Source: an uncultured Ignavibacteriaceae bacterium (GTDB lineage Bacteria; Bacteroidota; Ignavibacteria; Ignavibacteriales; Ignavibacteriaceae). Taken from it: a stretch of DNA of 64,000 nt. Made by a program: the position numbers and the translations under genes. This document shows, piece by piece, positions 1 through 9,040 of the stretch. How positions within the stretch are numbered: the first letter of the stretch is position 1; every line of letters begins with the position of its first letter. The stretch is taken from NCBI GenBank assembly GCA_963704275.1, contig CAVPHP010000006.1:8352-72351 (forward strand). The letters are read 5' to 3'. Under the pieces are notes generated by a model, which was given only the letters and a program-made list of their open reading frames with translations, had not been told where the DNA came from and searched no databases.

Positions 1-8
1 GACTAAAA

Positions 9-570
9 CTACTTAACGATCTTAGAAACTTCTTTAAACTCCGGTGTTCCGCATACTTCTAGCAGTTCAAATAAAATTGATTCGGTAGTTGTAACTTCTG
101 CCCCAAGTGTTCTCATTCTGTCTAAAGCAATCAGATAATCAATTTCTTTTCTTGATGAAACAGCATCGGCTGCAAGATTAACCTGATAATTATTTGCAAT
201 CAAATCTAAAACTGTTTGTTGAACACAAACGTGAGATTCAATTCCACGTTATCAACGATTTGAGATAATTTATTTTTATGGAGTTCATCAAATAAATTTT
301 CTGCACCGGAACAACTGAAACTCATTTTTTGATAAGCTGTATATCCTTCAAGCTCATCCAAGAATTTTTTGAGATGTTGGTCCCAATCCTTTTGGATATT
401 GCTCTGTAAAATAGATTGGAAGCTGCATAGCTTTAAAACCTTTAATAAGCTTAACAGTATTTTCTAACAACTGTTTCATAATTTCTAATAACAGGAAGTA
501 TACGTTCCTGAACATCGATAATTAAAAGTGCAGTCGTTTCTTTTTTTAAGATTATTGGATTTCGTTTCAT
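9..570 (-). pseudogene. isochorismatase-family (cysteine hydrolase fold) gene broken by about three frameshifts
   Basis: Reading the minus strand from ATG at 570 gives four segments in different frames. These are MKRNPIILKKETTALLIIDVQERILPVIRNYETVV, then ENTVKLIKGFKAMQLPIYFTEQYPKGLGPTSQKIL, then DELEGYTAYQKMSFSCSGAENLFDELHKNKLSQIV, then GIESHVCVQQTVLDLIANNYQVNLAADAVSSR (track ORF 9..203). Frame changes fall near 455-472, 345-365 and 236-257. The IIDVQ and GIESHVCV motifs are typical of isochorismatase-like hydrolases. Confidence 0.7.
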
Positions 571-623
571 AATTACTTTTGAATCTAATTTATAAATAAA
601 CTTTCATAGAAAGTTTTAGAAAT

Positions 624-719
624 GTCATTTCGAGGGAGCCTGCCTGTCGGCAGACAGGTCTTCGACTGAGAAATCTTATAAATAATAGTGGTAAGATTTC
701 TCCCTTTGGTCGAAATGAC
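624..719. repeat. REP-like palindromic intergenic element, copy 1 (GTCATT...AATGAC family)
   Basis: The termini gtcatttcga...tcgaaatgac are inverted repeats. An inner stem gagaaatct/agatttctc and a nested palindrome cctgtc-ggca-gacagg are also present. The architecture matches the copies at 6624..6694 and 33397..33465. Confidence 0.7.
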
Positions 720-733
720 TATCAAATGGCGAA

Positions 734-1571
734 CTAATATATCTCATCCATTCCATACTTACCGCAAGCGTACATCATTAAAATGGAAGTAAGATCAATA
801 AGAACTTTTTTCTGTTCATCTGCGTGAAGAACAAGATCATAAACATCAGCCATAAACTGAAAGTTACTTAAAATCTTTTTTAACTCTCGATGATTTGGCG
901 AACCATGCCAGTTTGCGACTTGAGTAACTAAGCGTTTTTTCAAATCTTCTTAAAAAATCTCTGAACGAAATTAAGTGAGTTGCGTTTGCATGTCTTGGAT
1001 GACAGATTGCAATCATATCATTAAAATAAGTATCCCAATTTTTAGCAAGTTTTTGATTACGGGAATCCATAACAAATCTTGCTTGCTCTAAAGTAAACTT
1101 TGCTTTTGTTGTAACTTTGTACTGGGGAACAATAGCATAGCCATCAAAACTTATTTCATCCTCCTCTTCATCATAATATTTCCAGCGTTTTAACAATTGA
1201 TTTGGAGTGTAAATTGTAATTACTTTATCAAGCGAGCTATCTGTAACAATAAATTTTCTTTGCTGATAGTTTACAACTGTAAGCCAGTGTTCCCAATTAT
1301 TAACACTTAAAACACAAGGATAACCTTTTTTTAATTGTTCAATTAAAACCTTAACGGCATCTTCCGGTTTTTCTCGCCTAAAATATTTCATTTTACAATT
1401 ATAATATTTAGCTGCTTTTGCTAAACCGATTTCATCAGTACCGTACCACCATGTGCTTCCGGCTTTAATTCCAATTTGATTCTCACTTTCAAATCTACCG
1501 AGCATTACAAGAGCATACTTTAATGCAAAGGGTCCGCATTGATATTTATTTGGTTGAGGGTAAAAACTCAT
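734..1571 (-). pseudogene. cytoplasmic papain-like (C39-like) cysteine peptidase domain protein with a frameshift near 941-950
   Basis: Track ORFs 864..1571 and 734..943 overlap in different frames. Joined, they read ..ISFRDFLRRFEK|KRLVTQVANWHGSPNHRELKK... The shift lies in an A6 run (gaaaaaacg on the coding strand). The N-terminal domain has a candidate catalytic Cys in YQCGPFALKYAL and a His in NNWEHWLTVV. No signal peptide is present. Confidence 0.6.
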
Positions 1572-1653
1572 TTTGTATTTTATTGATTTTGTAACTATGT
1601 AAACATTAACAATTGTAGTTTTTTTTACAAGTGATTTTGGGTATTTTTTAAAT

Positions 1654-2713
1654 ATGAAAGAAAAAAAATTAAAAGTTTTAGTTCTCTTTAATGAAGCACA
1701 TCCGGAATATTACCATAAATCTGAGGAACCAATACCCGAGCTTGATTTCCAAACATATTTTGAGGTTGAAGAACTTACTCCGATGGAAGAGTTTGAGATT
1801 ATGGCAAAAAGACTTAAAAAGCTGGGTTTTGATGCATATATACTTAAATCTTAAGGACGATATTCATCTTTTTTTGAATGAAATTGAAAAAAATAAACCC
1901 GATGTTATATTTAACTTTGTAGAGATTTACAAAGATCGACCGCGTTTAGAAATGAATATGGTTGGTTTGTATGAATTGTTAGGAGTTGCTTATACAGGTG
2001 CGCCCGCTTTGACTCTTGCAAACTGCCAGAACAAATTTCTTACAAAAAAATTATTAAACTATCACGGAATTAATACAGCCAGGTTTAATTTATATTCAGA
2101 AATGCCTGATCAACTTGAGCTGCAAAGTAAATTTCCGGTTATTGTAAAACCTGCCTACGAAGATGCAAGTGTTGGAATAGAAAACGAATCCATTGTTAAC
2201 AACGCTGAAGCTTTAAAGAACCGACTGGATTATGTTTTTAAATATTTTAAGCAGCCAGCTTTGGTAGAAGAATTTGTTGAAGGACGAGAGTTTAATGTTT
2301 CGGTTGTGGGTGATTTGAGACCAAAAGTTTTACCAATTAGTGAGATTGATTTTAGTAAAATGCCTGATCATCTGCATAACATTGTAAGCTACCAGGCTAA
2401 GTGGGATCCGCATCACGAATCATATCATAAAACAATTCCTATTTGTCCTGCAAAAATTCCTATGAGATTGGAAAAGAAACTAAAAGAAACTGCACTTAAA
2501 GCTTTTAAAGTAATGGGTACGCGTGATTATGCAAGAGTTGATATGCGTGTTAACAGCGATGAAGAAGTTTTTGTACTGGAAGTAAATCCAAATCCTGATT
2601 TAACAGAAGGCGCAGGATTTATGCGTTCTGCAAGTTATGGAGGTTTGTCTTATGGAATGGCGCTAAAGAAAATTGTTATGCTCGCTTATGAAAGAGGGAA
2701 GCGTAGTATGTAG
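1654..2713 (+). pseudogene. D-alanine--D-alanine ligase-family ATP-grasp enzyme with a frameshift near 1845-1852
   Basis: ORF 1654..1854 (MKEKKLKVLVLFNEAHPEYY..GFDAYILKS*) continues in the frame of ORF 1691..2713 as ..AYILNLKDDIHLFLNEIEKNKPDVIFNFVE... One extra A in cttaaatct explains the shift. The ATP-grasp core motifs are FPVIVKPAYEDASVGI, EEFVEGREFNVSV and ARVDMRV..FVLEVNPNPD. Confidence 0.75.
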
Positions 2714-2839
2714 GCTGTTGTTGCTAGTTTGTAGGAACAAGTTATTGCACATATTTGTTTATGCGTTGATACTTGGTTGATAGATATTTTCCTTTCGTTT
2801 GAAATTTGTTCATCTAATAATTTTCATTAATGGGTTCTT

Positions 2840-3715
2840 GTGAAAAAAATTATCTCAATCTTTTTTGTGTTAAATTCTTTTGCAACGGCACAAATATATA
2901 TGATTGGTGTTGCGCCATTAAAAACAGGTAATTACTGGAAATACATTGACGTTGGTGGAATTTTTAATGATGTTCTGTGTTTTCAGGTAGCTGATAGTAC
3001 AAGAACTCTAATGGGCTATAATTTCAATATTGTTCAATCCTTTGAATCACCAAATTATATAAGATATTCGAGTTATAAAGTTTTAACAACTGATAGTATA
3101 TATATTAGTTATGCTACATATGTACCTGATAGTATTTATACATATTATAAAGCAAATTGTAAGATAGGAGATAGTTGGGTACAGCCTGTAAATGAATTTG
3201 CTATGTATACATATACTGTAATTGATACCTTTCATATTACGGCTTGGGGGAATAGTTATTTCTCTAAGCTAATTAAAATAACTGATTTTAATGTTACAGA
3301 AGTGTATCAGGTCTGGGCGGATCATTTGGGATTAATGGAAGAGCAAGGTGTTGGGCAATATCATATGGTATTAAGAGGCTGTGTTATAGATAGTATTGTT
3401 TACGGCGATACTACTACAATAGTGGATGTAGAAGAAATACCAAATCAAGAATTAACATATGATTTGGAGCAGAATTACCCAAATCCCTTCAATGCCATAA
3501 CTAACATAAAATTTTCAATAAAAAAAGCATCAAATGTTAAACTGAAAATTTATAATACAATTGGTGAAGAATTAAATAATTTGATTAATGAAAATATGAA
3601 TGCTGGTACATACAGTTACCAATTTGATGCTTCAAATTTAACTAGTGGTATTTATTTCTATAAAATAATAACTGATGATTATACGAATACAAAAAAAATG
3701 GTATTGTTGAAATAA
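2840..3715 (+). CDS. secreted protein of unknown function with T9SS C-terminal sorting domain
   Basis: GTG start. The signal peptide is MKKIISIFFVLNSFATAQ. The C-terminus is [19 protein letters not shown]...GIYFYKIITDDYTNTKKMVLLK (Por_Secre_tail-type CTD). Confidence 0.8.
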   Translation: MKKIISIFFVLNSFATAQIYMIGVAPLKTGNYWKYIDVGGIFNDVLCFQVADSTRTLMGYNFNIVQSFESPNYIRYSSYKVLTTDSIYISYATYVPDSIYTYYKANCKIGDSWVQPVNEFAMYTYTVIDTFHITAWGNSYFSKLIKITDFNVTEVYQVWADHLGLMEEQGVGQYHMVLRGCVIDSIVYGDTTTIVDVEEIPNQELTYDLEQNYPNPFNAITNIKFSIKKASNVKLKIYNTIGEELNNLINENMNAGTYSYQFDASNLTSGIYFYKIITDDYTNTKKMVLLK

Positions 3716-3746
3716 AAAAAATCACGACTTACGCCGTGACTTTTTT
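3713..3746. terminator. bidirectional hairpin between convergent genes
   Basis: The sequence aaaaaaaatcacgacttacgccgtgactttttt forms a short stem tcacg/cgtga flanked by an A-run and a T-run. It lies between stop codons at 3715 (+) and 3770 (-). Confidence 0.45.
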
Positions 3747-3769
3747 ATAGTTCAATTTAAAGTAACCCG

Positions 3770-4294
3770 TTAAGCTTTTACTTTTGCAAGTGCAGGAACT
3801 TTGTGTTTTACAAATTCATAAACTCCAAACATTACTCCAACAAAGAATAAATCTCCAATTAAAGAATTTTGGAAAAATGGAATTGCTGCTGTGTAGCTTG
3901 CTAATAATCCGGCAGGAGTTTTAGGATACAAAGTTCCAAGTGCCCAAACACCAAAGTTTGTAATTACAAAGAAACTTATTGAAGCTGTAAGTGAAGTAAA
4001 TAATAATTTTTTTACACTTACTTTTTTTAGCATAAAAATTCCTAAAACAACAATTAAAGCAAAGCTTAAATAGACAATCCAGGCATAAGAATAAATTCCG
4101 ATAATCAAGTCTGTTAAAAATATTGCAGCTAACGGAATTACAAATGCGAAAGTTTTTTTGCTAAAATATGCGCCGCCAAATAAAGCCATTGCAGCTATAG
4201 GTGCAAAGTTTGGTGGATGTGGTAACAATCTTAAAAAAGCTGCTCCAAAAACCATTAGGGTTAAAACCCAAAATTTTGGTGTTAATTTTTCCAT
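3770..4294 (-). CDS. polytopic membrane protein (DUF6580-like), putative inner-membrane corrinoid transporter
   Basis: 174 aa with about 5-6 hydrophobic helices. The N-terminal motif is FLRLLPHPPNFAPIAAMALFGGAYF. It is the second gene of the operon headed by the cobalamin riboswitch and TonB receptor. The functional call rests on context only. Confidence 0.55.
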   Translation of the reverse strand: MEKLTPKFWVLTLMVFGAAFLRLLPHPPNFAPIAAMALFGGAYFSKKTFAFVIPLAAIFLTDLIIGIYSYAWIVYLSFALIVVLGIFMLKKVSVKKLLFTSLTASISFFVITNFGVWALGTLYPKTPAGLLASYTAAIPFFQNSLIGDLFFVGVMFGVYEFVKHKVPALAKVKA

Positions 4295-4390
4295 TTTTAT
4301 TTCCTTTCAGTTAAAATTAAAAAAGAATATTTCTGTTTATAATTAGTTCAAAGATATAGTTTATTAAAGTCAATTGTCAAAGTTTTGTCA

Positions 4391-6346
4391 TTAAAGAGAT
4401 AATTTAATTCCGCCATAAAATGATAATCCCGGAGTAGCATAGCCGAATACCTCTTCATAATCTGTGTCTAAAAGATTTTCGACTCTTACATTCATCCTGA
4501 GAAAATCAAAAACATCATAATGTGCGGCAAAGTTAAGAAGCACATATCCTTTAAGTTCCGTTCTTTCAAATGTTGAAAAATCAATATCATCACGAGTCCC
4601 AACCCAGATAACTTCAGCATTAAAATTGGTCTTTGCAGAAAAAGAATAACTAGTAAAAAAACCTAGTTTACTTTCCGGTCGGCGCAATAACTTTGTATCA
4701 AAGTCTGATGAATTTGGACTAACATCTCTCGCGTCTGTAAAAGTATAATTAACTTTTATTTCTAAATCATCAATCGGCTTAGTCTGAAAATAAAATTCTA
4801 AACCCTTTGTTACAGCCTGTTTAATATTAATTGTTTTGAATGTTTGATAATCAAAACCAAACATATCGCTAAACTTATTGTAGAAAAAAGTAGTTCCAAA
4901 AGTCAAATTTTGTTTAAAGAAAAATTGCTCGATACCAAAATCCCAACCAAAACTTTCTTCGGGATTTAGATTTTCATTTCCATAAGCAGGATCATATAAA
5001 TAATATAATGATGGTGCTTTAAATCCTGTTCCAATTGTTGCTTTGATTTTTGTTCCTGTTTCCCAAAGCATATAAGCAGGTGCAATTCTGTAAGTAAATT
5101 GTGAACCAAATTTACTGTGTTCATCTAATCTTAAACCGGCTGCAATAAAAAAACCTTCCTCAAATTTTATTTGATCCTGTAAAAAGGCACTAATTGTATT
5201 AGCATCTTTATTAGGAATAACACTTGCATAATCAGGCAATAGAATATAGTTGAAGGAATAATATTCAGAAGATGATTCTTCTTTCTCAAATTCAATTCCA
5301 GCGGTTAACAAATTTCCTTTGCTAAGTTGAAAATCATTTTGCCAATCAATTTTATATCTTCTTCCATCATATAAAGCATTTGAATAATAGGCGCTTGCAG
5401 ATGAAGTATCAAATGAATTTTTTCTAACATTTCTTAAAAACGTTAAGCCAAGTTTCTGATTCCAATTACCATTTAATAACTTAATTTTTCCTTCCCCTCG
5501 AATTGAAAACTCTTCTTGTTTAGTTAGATAGGTCGGATCGTCACCAAACATTCCACCAAACTGATCATTGTCTGATTCTGATTTTAAAAATCTTGTATTC
5601 AAATTTATTTCTGCATTATCACTTAAATCATAACCTAAAACAGAAGTAAGATTATTAAAAGTATATCCATCTTTTTCTGTGTTGCCGTACTTTTCTGATG
5701 CCGCAGAAAAACCATCGCTGCCTGTTCTACTGAATGCAAGTGAATAATTTAATTTCTTAATTGATCCGTTTAATCCAATCATTCCTTTATAAGTATTGTA
5801 AGTACCGCCTTCTGTAAGTAAAGAAAATTTTGGCGAACCATTTCCTTTTTTTGTAATGATGTTAATAACTCCGGCAAGTGCATCAGAGCCATAAAGTGTA
5901 GATTGCGGACCTCGTAAAACTTCTATCCGTTCAATGTTATCAACAGGCAATGCGGAAAAATCGTAAACACCCGATGGATCGTTTGTAAGATTAACTTCAA
6001 CGCCATCAATCAAAACTAAAGTGTGTGATGAGTTTGAACCGCGAATATAAATATTTGATAAAGTTCCGTTGCCGCCTTGTCTTGTAAAGCTGATTCCTGT
6101 TTCATTTCTCAAAACATCAAATACGTTGTTGGAGTTACTGTTTGATAATTGTTTAGCATCTATTACAGAAATTGAACTGGCAAGCTGCAAAGTATTAGCA
6201 TTAGTTTTTGTTGCAGAAACTACCACTTCACTAAGTTTGTAATATCCTGCCGTATCAGTTTTTTGGATAATAGATTCCTGAGGAACGGTTTGATGAAAAG
6301 TGAAAAGAAAAATAAAAAGAGTAAAAAGAAATTTTGTTTTGTACAT
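4391..6346 (-). CDS. btuB: TonB-dependent outer-membrane receptor, BtuB-like (cobalamin/corrinoid uptake)
   Basis: 651 aa with a signal peptide and a TonB-box-like LSEVVVSATKT. The plug motifs are IERIEVLRGPQSTLYGSDALAGVINIITK. The C-terminal beta-barrel ends GLSFYGGIKLSL. A cobalamin riboswitch lies directly upstream on the same strand. Confidence 0.85.
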   Translation of the reverse strand: MYKTKFLFTLFIFLFTFHQTVPQESIIQKTDTAGYYKLSEVVVSATKTNANTLQLASSISVIDAKQLSNSNSNNVFDVLRNETGISFTRQGGNGTLSNIYIRGSNSSHTLVLIDGVEVNLTNDPSGVYDFSALPVDNIERIEVLRGPQSTLYGSDALAGVINIITKKGNGSPKFSLLTEGGTYNTYKGMIGLNGSIKKLNYSLAFSRTGSDGFSAASEKYGNTEKDGYTFNNLTSVLGYDLSDNAEINLNTRFLKSESDNDQFGGMFGDDPTYLTKQEEFSIRGEGKIKLLNGNWNQKLGLTFLRNVRKNSFDTSSASAYYSNALYDGRRYKIDWQNDFQLSKGNLLTAGIEFEKEESSSEYYSFNYILLPDYASVIPNKDANTISAFLQDQIKFEEGFFIAAGLRLDEHSKFGSQFTYRIAPAYMLWETGTKIKATIGTGFKAPSLYYLYDPAYGNENLNPEESFGWDFGIEQFFFKQNLTFGTTFFYNKFSDMFGFDYQTFKTINIKQAVTKGLEFYFQTKPIDDLEIKVNYTFTDARDVSPNSSDFDTKLLRRPESKLGFFTSYSFSAKTNFNAEVIWVGTRDDIDFSTFERTELKGYVLLNFAAHYDVFDFLRMNVRVENLLDTDYEEVFGYATPGLSFYGGIKLSL

Positions 6347-6777
6347 TGAAGTTACTCCATATAAAAATGTTAAAAGTAACTTCGCGGATTAAAAAGTTTA
6401 GATAAAACGAATGGGTGTTTTGTGAGACCATCGTTAACCTTACCTTTCTCGCGAAGGTTGATTAATTACTATCTACGGCAGGTCTCCTGGCTTTTAACAA
6501 AATGCTCAATGTTAAGTATTAAATGTTCAATGAAATTCATTGAGCATTTAAGATTGAAAATTTAACATTGCAACAAAGTTGCTATTCACAGTTGCGCGAC
6601 AGCGACGGATTTTAATTCTGTTTGTCATTGCGAACGAAGTGAAGCAATCTATAAATATAACAGATTGCTTCGTTCCTTTAGAACTCGCAATGACTACTTA
6701 GAAAATAGCACCGTACTTCCCTATAGTTTCCCATTATTCCGATTAAATCAGAATTGGGACACCGTAAATTTTGTTCA
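6347..6777 (-). promoter_or_regulatory. cobalamin (B12) riboswitch plus expression platform, with a REP-like insertion in the aptamer
   Basis: The minus-strand RNA has TACGG..AATGGGAAACTATAGGGAAGTACGGTGC[insert]TAAAATCCGTCGCTGTCGCGCAACTGTGAATAGC. It also has a B12 box AAGCCAGGAGACCTGCCGTA (plus 6474..6493), with CCGTA closing P1 against TACGG (plus 6772..6776). In the platform, gaagttact (plus 6375..6383) pairs perfectly with agtaacttc abutting the ATG (plus 6348..6356). Its cgcgaag part can pair alternatively with cttcgcg (plus 6450..6456). Confidence 0.8.
6624..6694. repeat. REP-like palindromic element, copy 2, located inside the riboswitch aptamer
   Basis: The sequence is gtcattgcgaacgaagtgaagcaatct-ataaatataac-agattgcttcgttcctttagaactcgcaatgac. 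The outer stem is gtcattgcga/tcgcaatgac and the inner stem is gaagcaatct/agattgcttc. Confidence 0.75.
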
Positions 6778-7058
6778 AAGAACTGATTCAAAAATATGCC
6801 TCTTTTAACTAACGTCAAAGCATTTCATAATTTTGTTTGTAGTTTGATCCTGTTTTTTAGACAAAAGATCGATAATTTAAACAAGAAATAATTTTTATTA
6901 AGATCAGAGATTGCCAGATCGATAAAAAAAACACTCATTTTATTTCTTAAAATAACATTATGCTTTTTTGATTTTATGAATTGGAGATTTTATTTAAGTG
7001 ATTTATAGATTTTAAAATAATTAATTTATCTTTTTACAAATTAAAGATAGGGAACAAG

Positions 7059-8993
7059 ATGAAAAATATTTTTACTGCGATTGTTTTATCATTTTTTTTA
7101 ATTTCTGGATTTGAAGTTCTTGCTCAGCAAAATAAACCTTTTTTAGATCCGCCAACTACTTATGATTTGAGAAATGTTGGTGGAATAAACTATGTTTCAA
7201 GTGTTAAGTCACAGCAGGGCGGAACATGCTGGACTCACGGAACTATGAGTGCAATGGAAGGAAATCTTTTAATGACCGGTGTGTGGGCTAACAATGGCGA
7301 AACCGGCGAACCAAATCTGGCTGAATATCATCTGGATTGGTGGAATGGGTTTAATCAGTATTACAATGGTGATCTTAATCCTGTAACCGGAAACGGTCTT
7401 GTAATTCATGAAGGCGGAGACTACAGAGTTGCGTCCGCTTATTTATCAAGAGGCGAAGGCGCTGTGCGTGATATTGACGGACAATCTTATTCTACACCAC
7501 CTGCGCAGACAAACACAAATTGGCATTACTATTATCCAAGGGAAATTTATTGGCTAAACGCTAACACAAATCTTAGCAATATAAATACTTTAAAACAGAT
7601 GATAATGGATTATGGTGTAATGGGAACCTGCATGTGTTATTCAAATTCGTTCATTCAGAGTTACATTCATTATCAGCCTCCGACTTCAACACTTGATCCT
7701 AATCATGCAGTTGCTATAATCGGTTGGGATGATAGTAAAGTAACTCAAGCACCACTGCCGGGCGCTTGGCTGGTTAAGAACAGTTGGGGAGCTAGCTGGG
7801 GATTAAGCGGATATTTCTGGATTTCATACTATGATAAACATTGTGGTAAAAATATTGAAATGGGCGCTGTTACCTTTAAAGATATTGAACCTTTAAAATA
7901 TGATCATATATATTATCATGATTATCATGGCTGGCGTGCTACTAAAGAAGATTGCAGCCAAGGATTTAATTCGTTTACTTCAGGATCAAACGAATATTTA
8001 AAATCAGTAAGTTTTTTTACTGCCGCTGATAGTGTTGATTATACGGTAAAAATATACGATAATTTTACAGGCGGCCAGTTACAAAATGAACTTCACTCAC
8101 AATCAGGATATGAACAATACACAGGCTTTCACACAATTGATTTATCAACACTGATATATCTTGCAGCAGGAAATGACTTTTATGTTTACGTAAGTTTTTC
8201 CAGAGGCGGACATCCATTTGATAGAACCTCTGAAGTGCCGGTATTATTAATTGGAGATTCATATTTAACAGTTGTTAATTCAACTTCTCATCAGAATGAA
8301 AGTTTTTATTGGGATGGTGCGCAATGGCAGGATATGTATTATTATGCAGATCCGCCTTGGCCTGCAAATTCAGCAAACTTATGTATAAAAGCATTAACGC
8401 TTGATGAGAGTAGTGTTCCTGTTGAACTGACTTCCTTTACAGCTATAAATGACGGTAAGAATATTAGATTAGATTGGGCAACAGCAACAGAAATAAATAA
8501 TCAGCGATTTGAAATTGAAAGAAAAGTAATCAGCGAAAATTCTAATTATGACTGGACATTAATTGGAGTTAAAAATGGAGCAGGTACAACATCGGAAAAA
8601 CAGCAATATTCATTTTTTGATGATGTTAGTGAATTAAATGCTACTTCACTTGAGTACAGATTGAAACAAATAGATTATAACGGAAATTATACTTACAGCC
8701 AGATTGCTGTTGTAGAAAACTTACGACCAATTAGTTATGTACTTGAACAAAATTATCCTAATCCGTTTAATCCATCAACAATCATTAAATATTCAATTAC
8801 AGATAAACAGTTTGTTACACTTAAAGTGTATGATATTTTAGGAAATGAAATCTCTACACTCGTTAGTGAGATAAAACCTGCAGGCAGCTATGAAATCGGA
8901 TTTAATGCAAGTATGCTTTCAGCAGGTGTTTATTACTATACAATTATTACTGATAAATTTATTCAGACAAAAAAGATGATACTTTTAAAGTGA
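7059..8993 (+). CDS. secreted papain-family (C1-like) cysteine peptidase with T9SS C-terminal sorting domain
   Basis: Signal peptide present. The catalytic Cys context is [18 protein letters not shown], the His is [13 protein letters not shown], and the Asn/Trp is [21 protein letters not shown]. The C-terminal module runs [39 protein letters not shown] then [17 protein letters not shown]...KKMILLK. Confidence 0.85.
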   Translation: MKNIFTAIVLSFFLISGFEVLAQQNKPFLDPPTTYDLRNVGGINYVSSVKSQQGGTCWTHGTMSAMEGNLLMTGVWANNGETGEPNLAEYHLDWWNGFNQYYNGDLNPVTGNGLVIHEGGDYRVASAYLSRGEGAVRDIDGQSYSTPPAQTNTNWHYYYPREIYWLNANTNLSNINTLKQMIMDYGVMGTCMCYSNSFIQSYIHYQPPTSTLDPNHAVAIIGWDDSKVTQAPLPGAWLVKNSWGASWGLSGYFWISYYDKHCGKNIEMGAVTFKDIEPLKYDHIYYHDYHGWRATKEDCSQGFNSFTSGSNEYLKSVSFFTAADSVDYTVKIYDNFTGGQLQNELHSQSGYEQYTGFHTIDLSTLIYLAAGNDFYVYVSFSRGGHPFDRTSEVPVLLIGDSYLTVVNSTSHQNESFYWDGAQWQDMYYYADPPWPANSANLCIKALTLDESSVPVELTSFTAINDGKNIRLDWATATEINNQRFEIERKVISENSNYDWTLIGVKNGAGTTSEKQQYSFFDDVSELNATSLEYRLKQIDYNGNYTYSQIAVVENLRPISYVLEQNYPNPFNPSTIIKYSITDKQFVTLKVYDILGNEISTLVSEIKPAGSYEIGFNASMLSAGVYYYTIITDKFIQTKKMILLK

Positions 8994-9040
8994 TAATTTT
9001 TCATTTATTATAGAAAATAACGGAAATTATTTTTTGAATA

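Noticed and set aside
1691-1853. The N-terminal 54 codons of track ORF 1691..2713 (MKHIRNITINLRNQYPSLISKHILRL...)
   Set aside because: This segment is an out-of-frame reading of the genuine N-terminus encoded by ORF 1654..1854. The real protein switches frame near 1848.
6868-6929. Short direct repeat agatcgata (twice) in the btuB / peptidase divergent intergenic region
   Set aside because: It is only 9 nt with two copies and no associated structure or known motif, so it is within chance expectation for AT-rich DNA.
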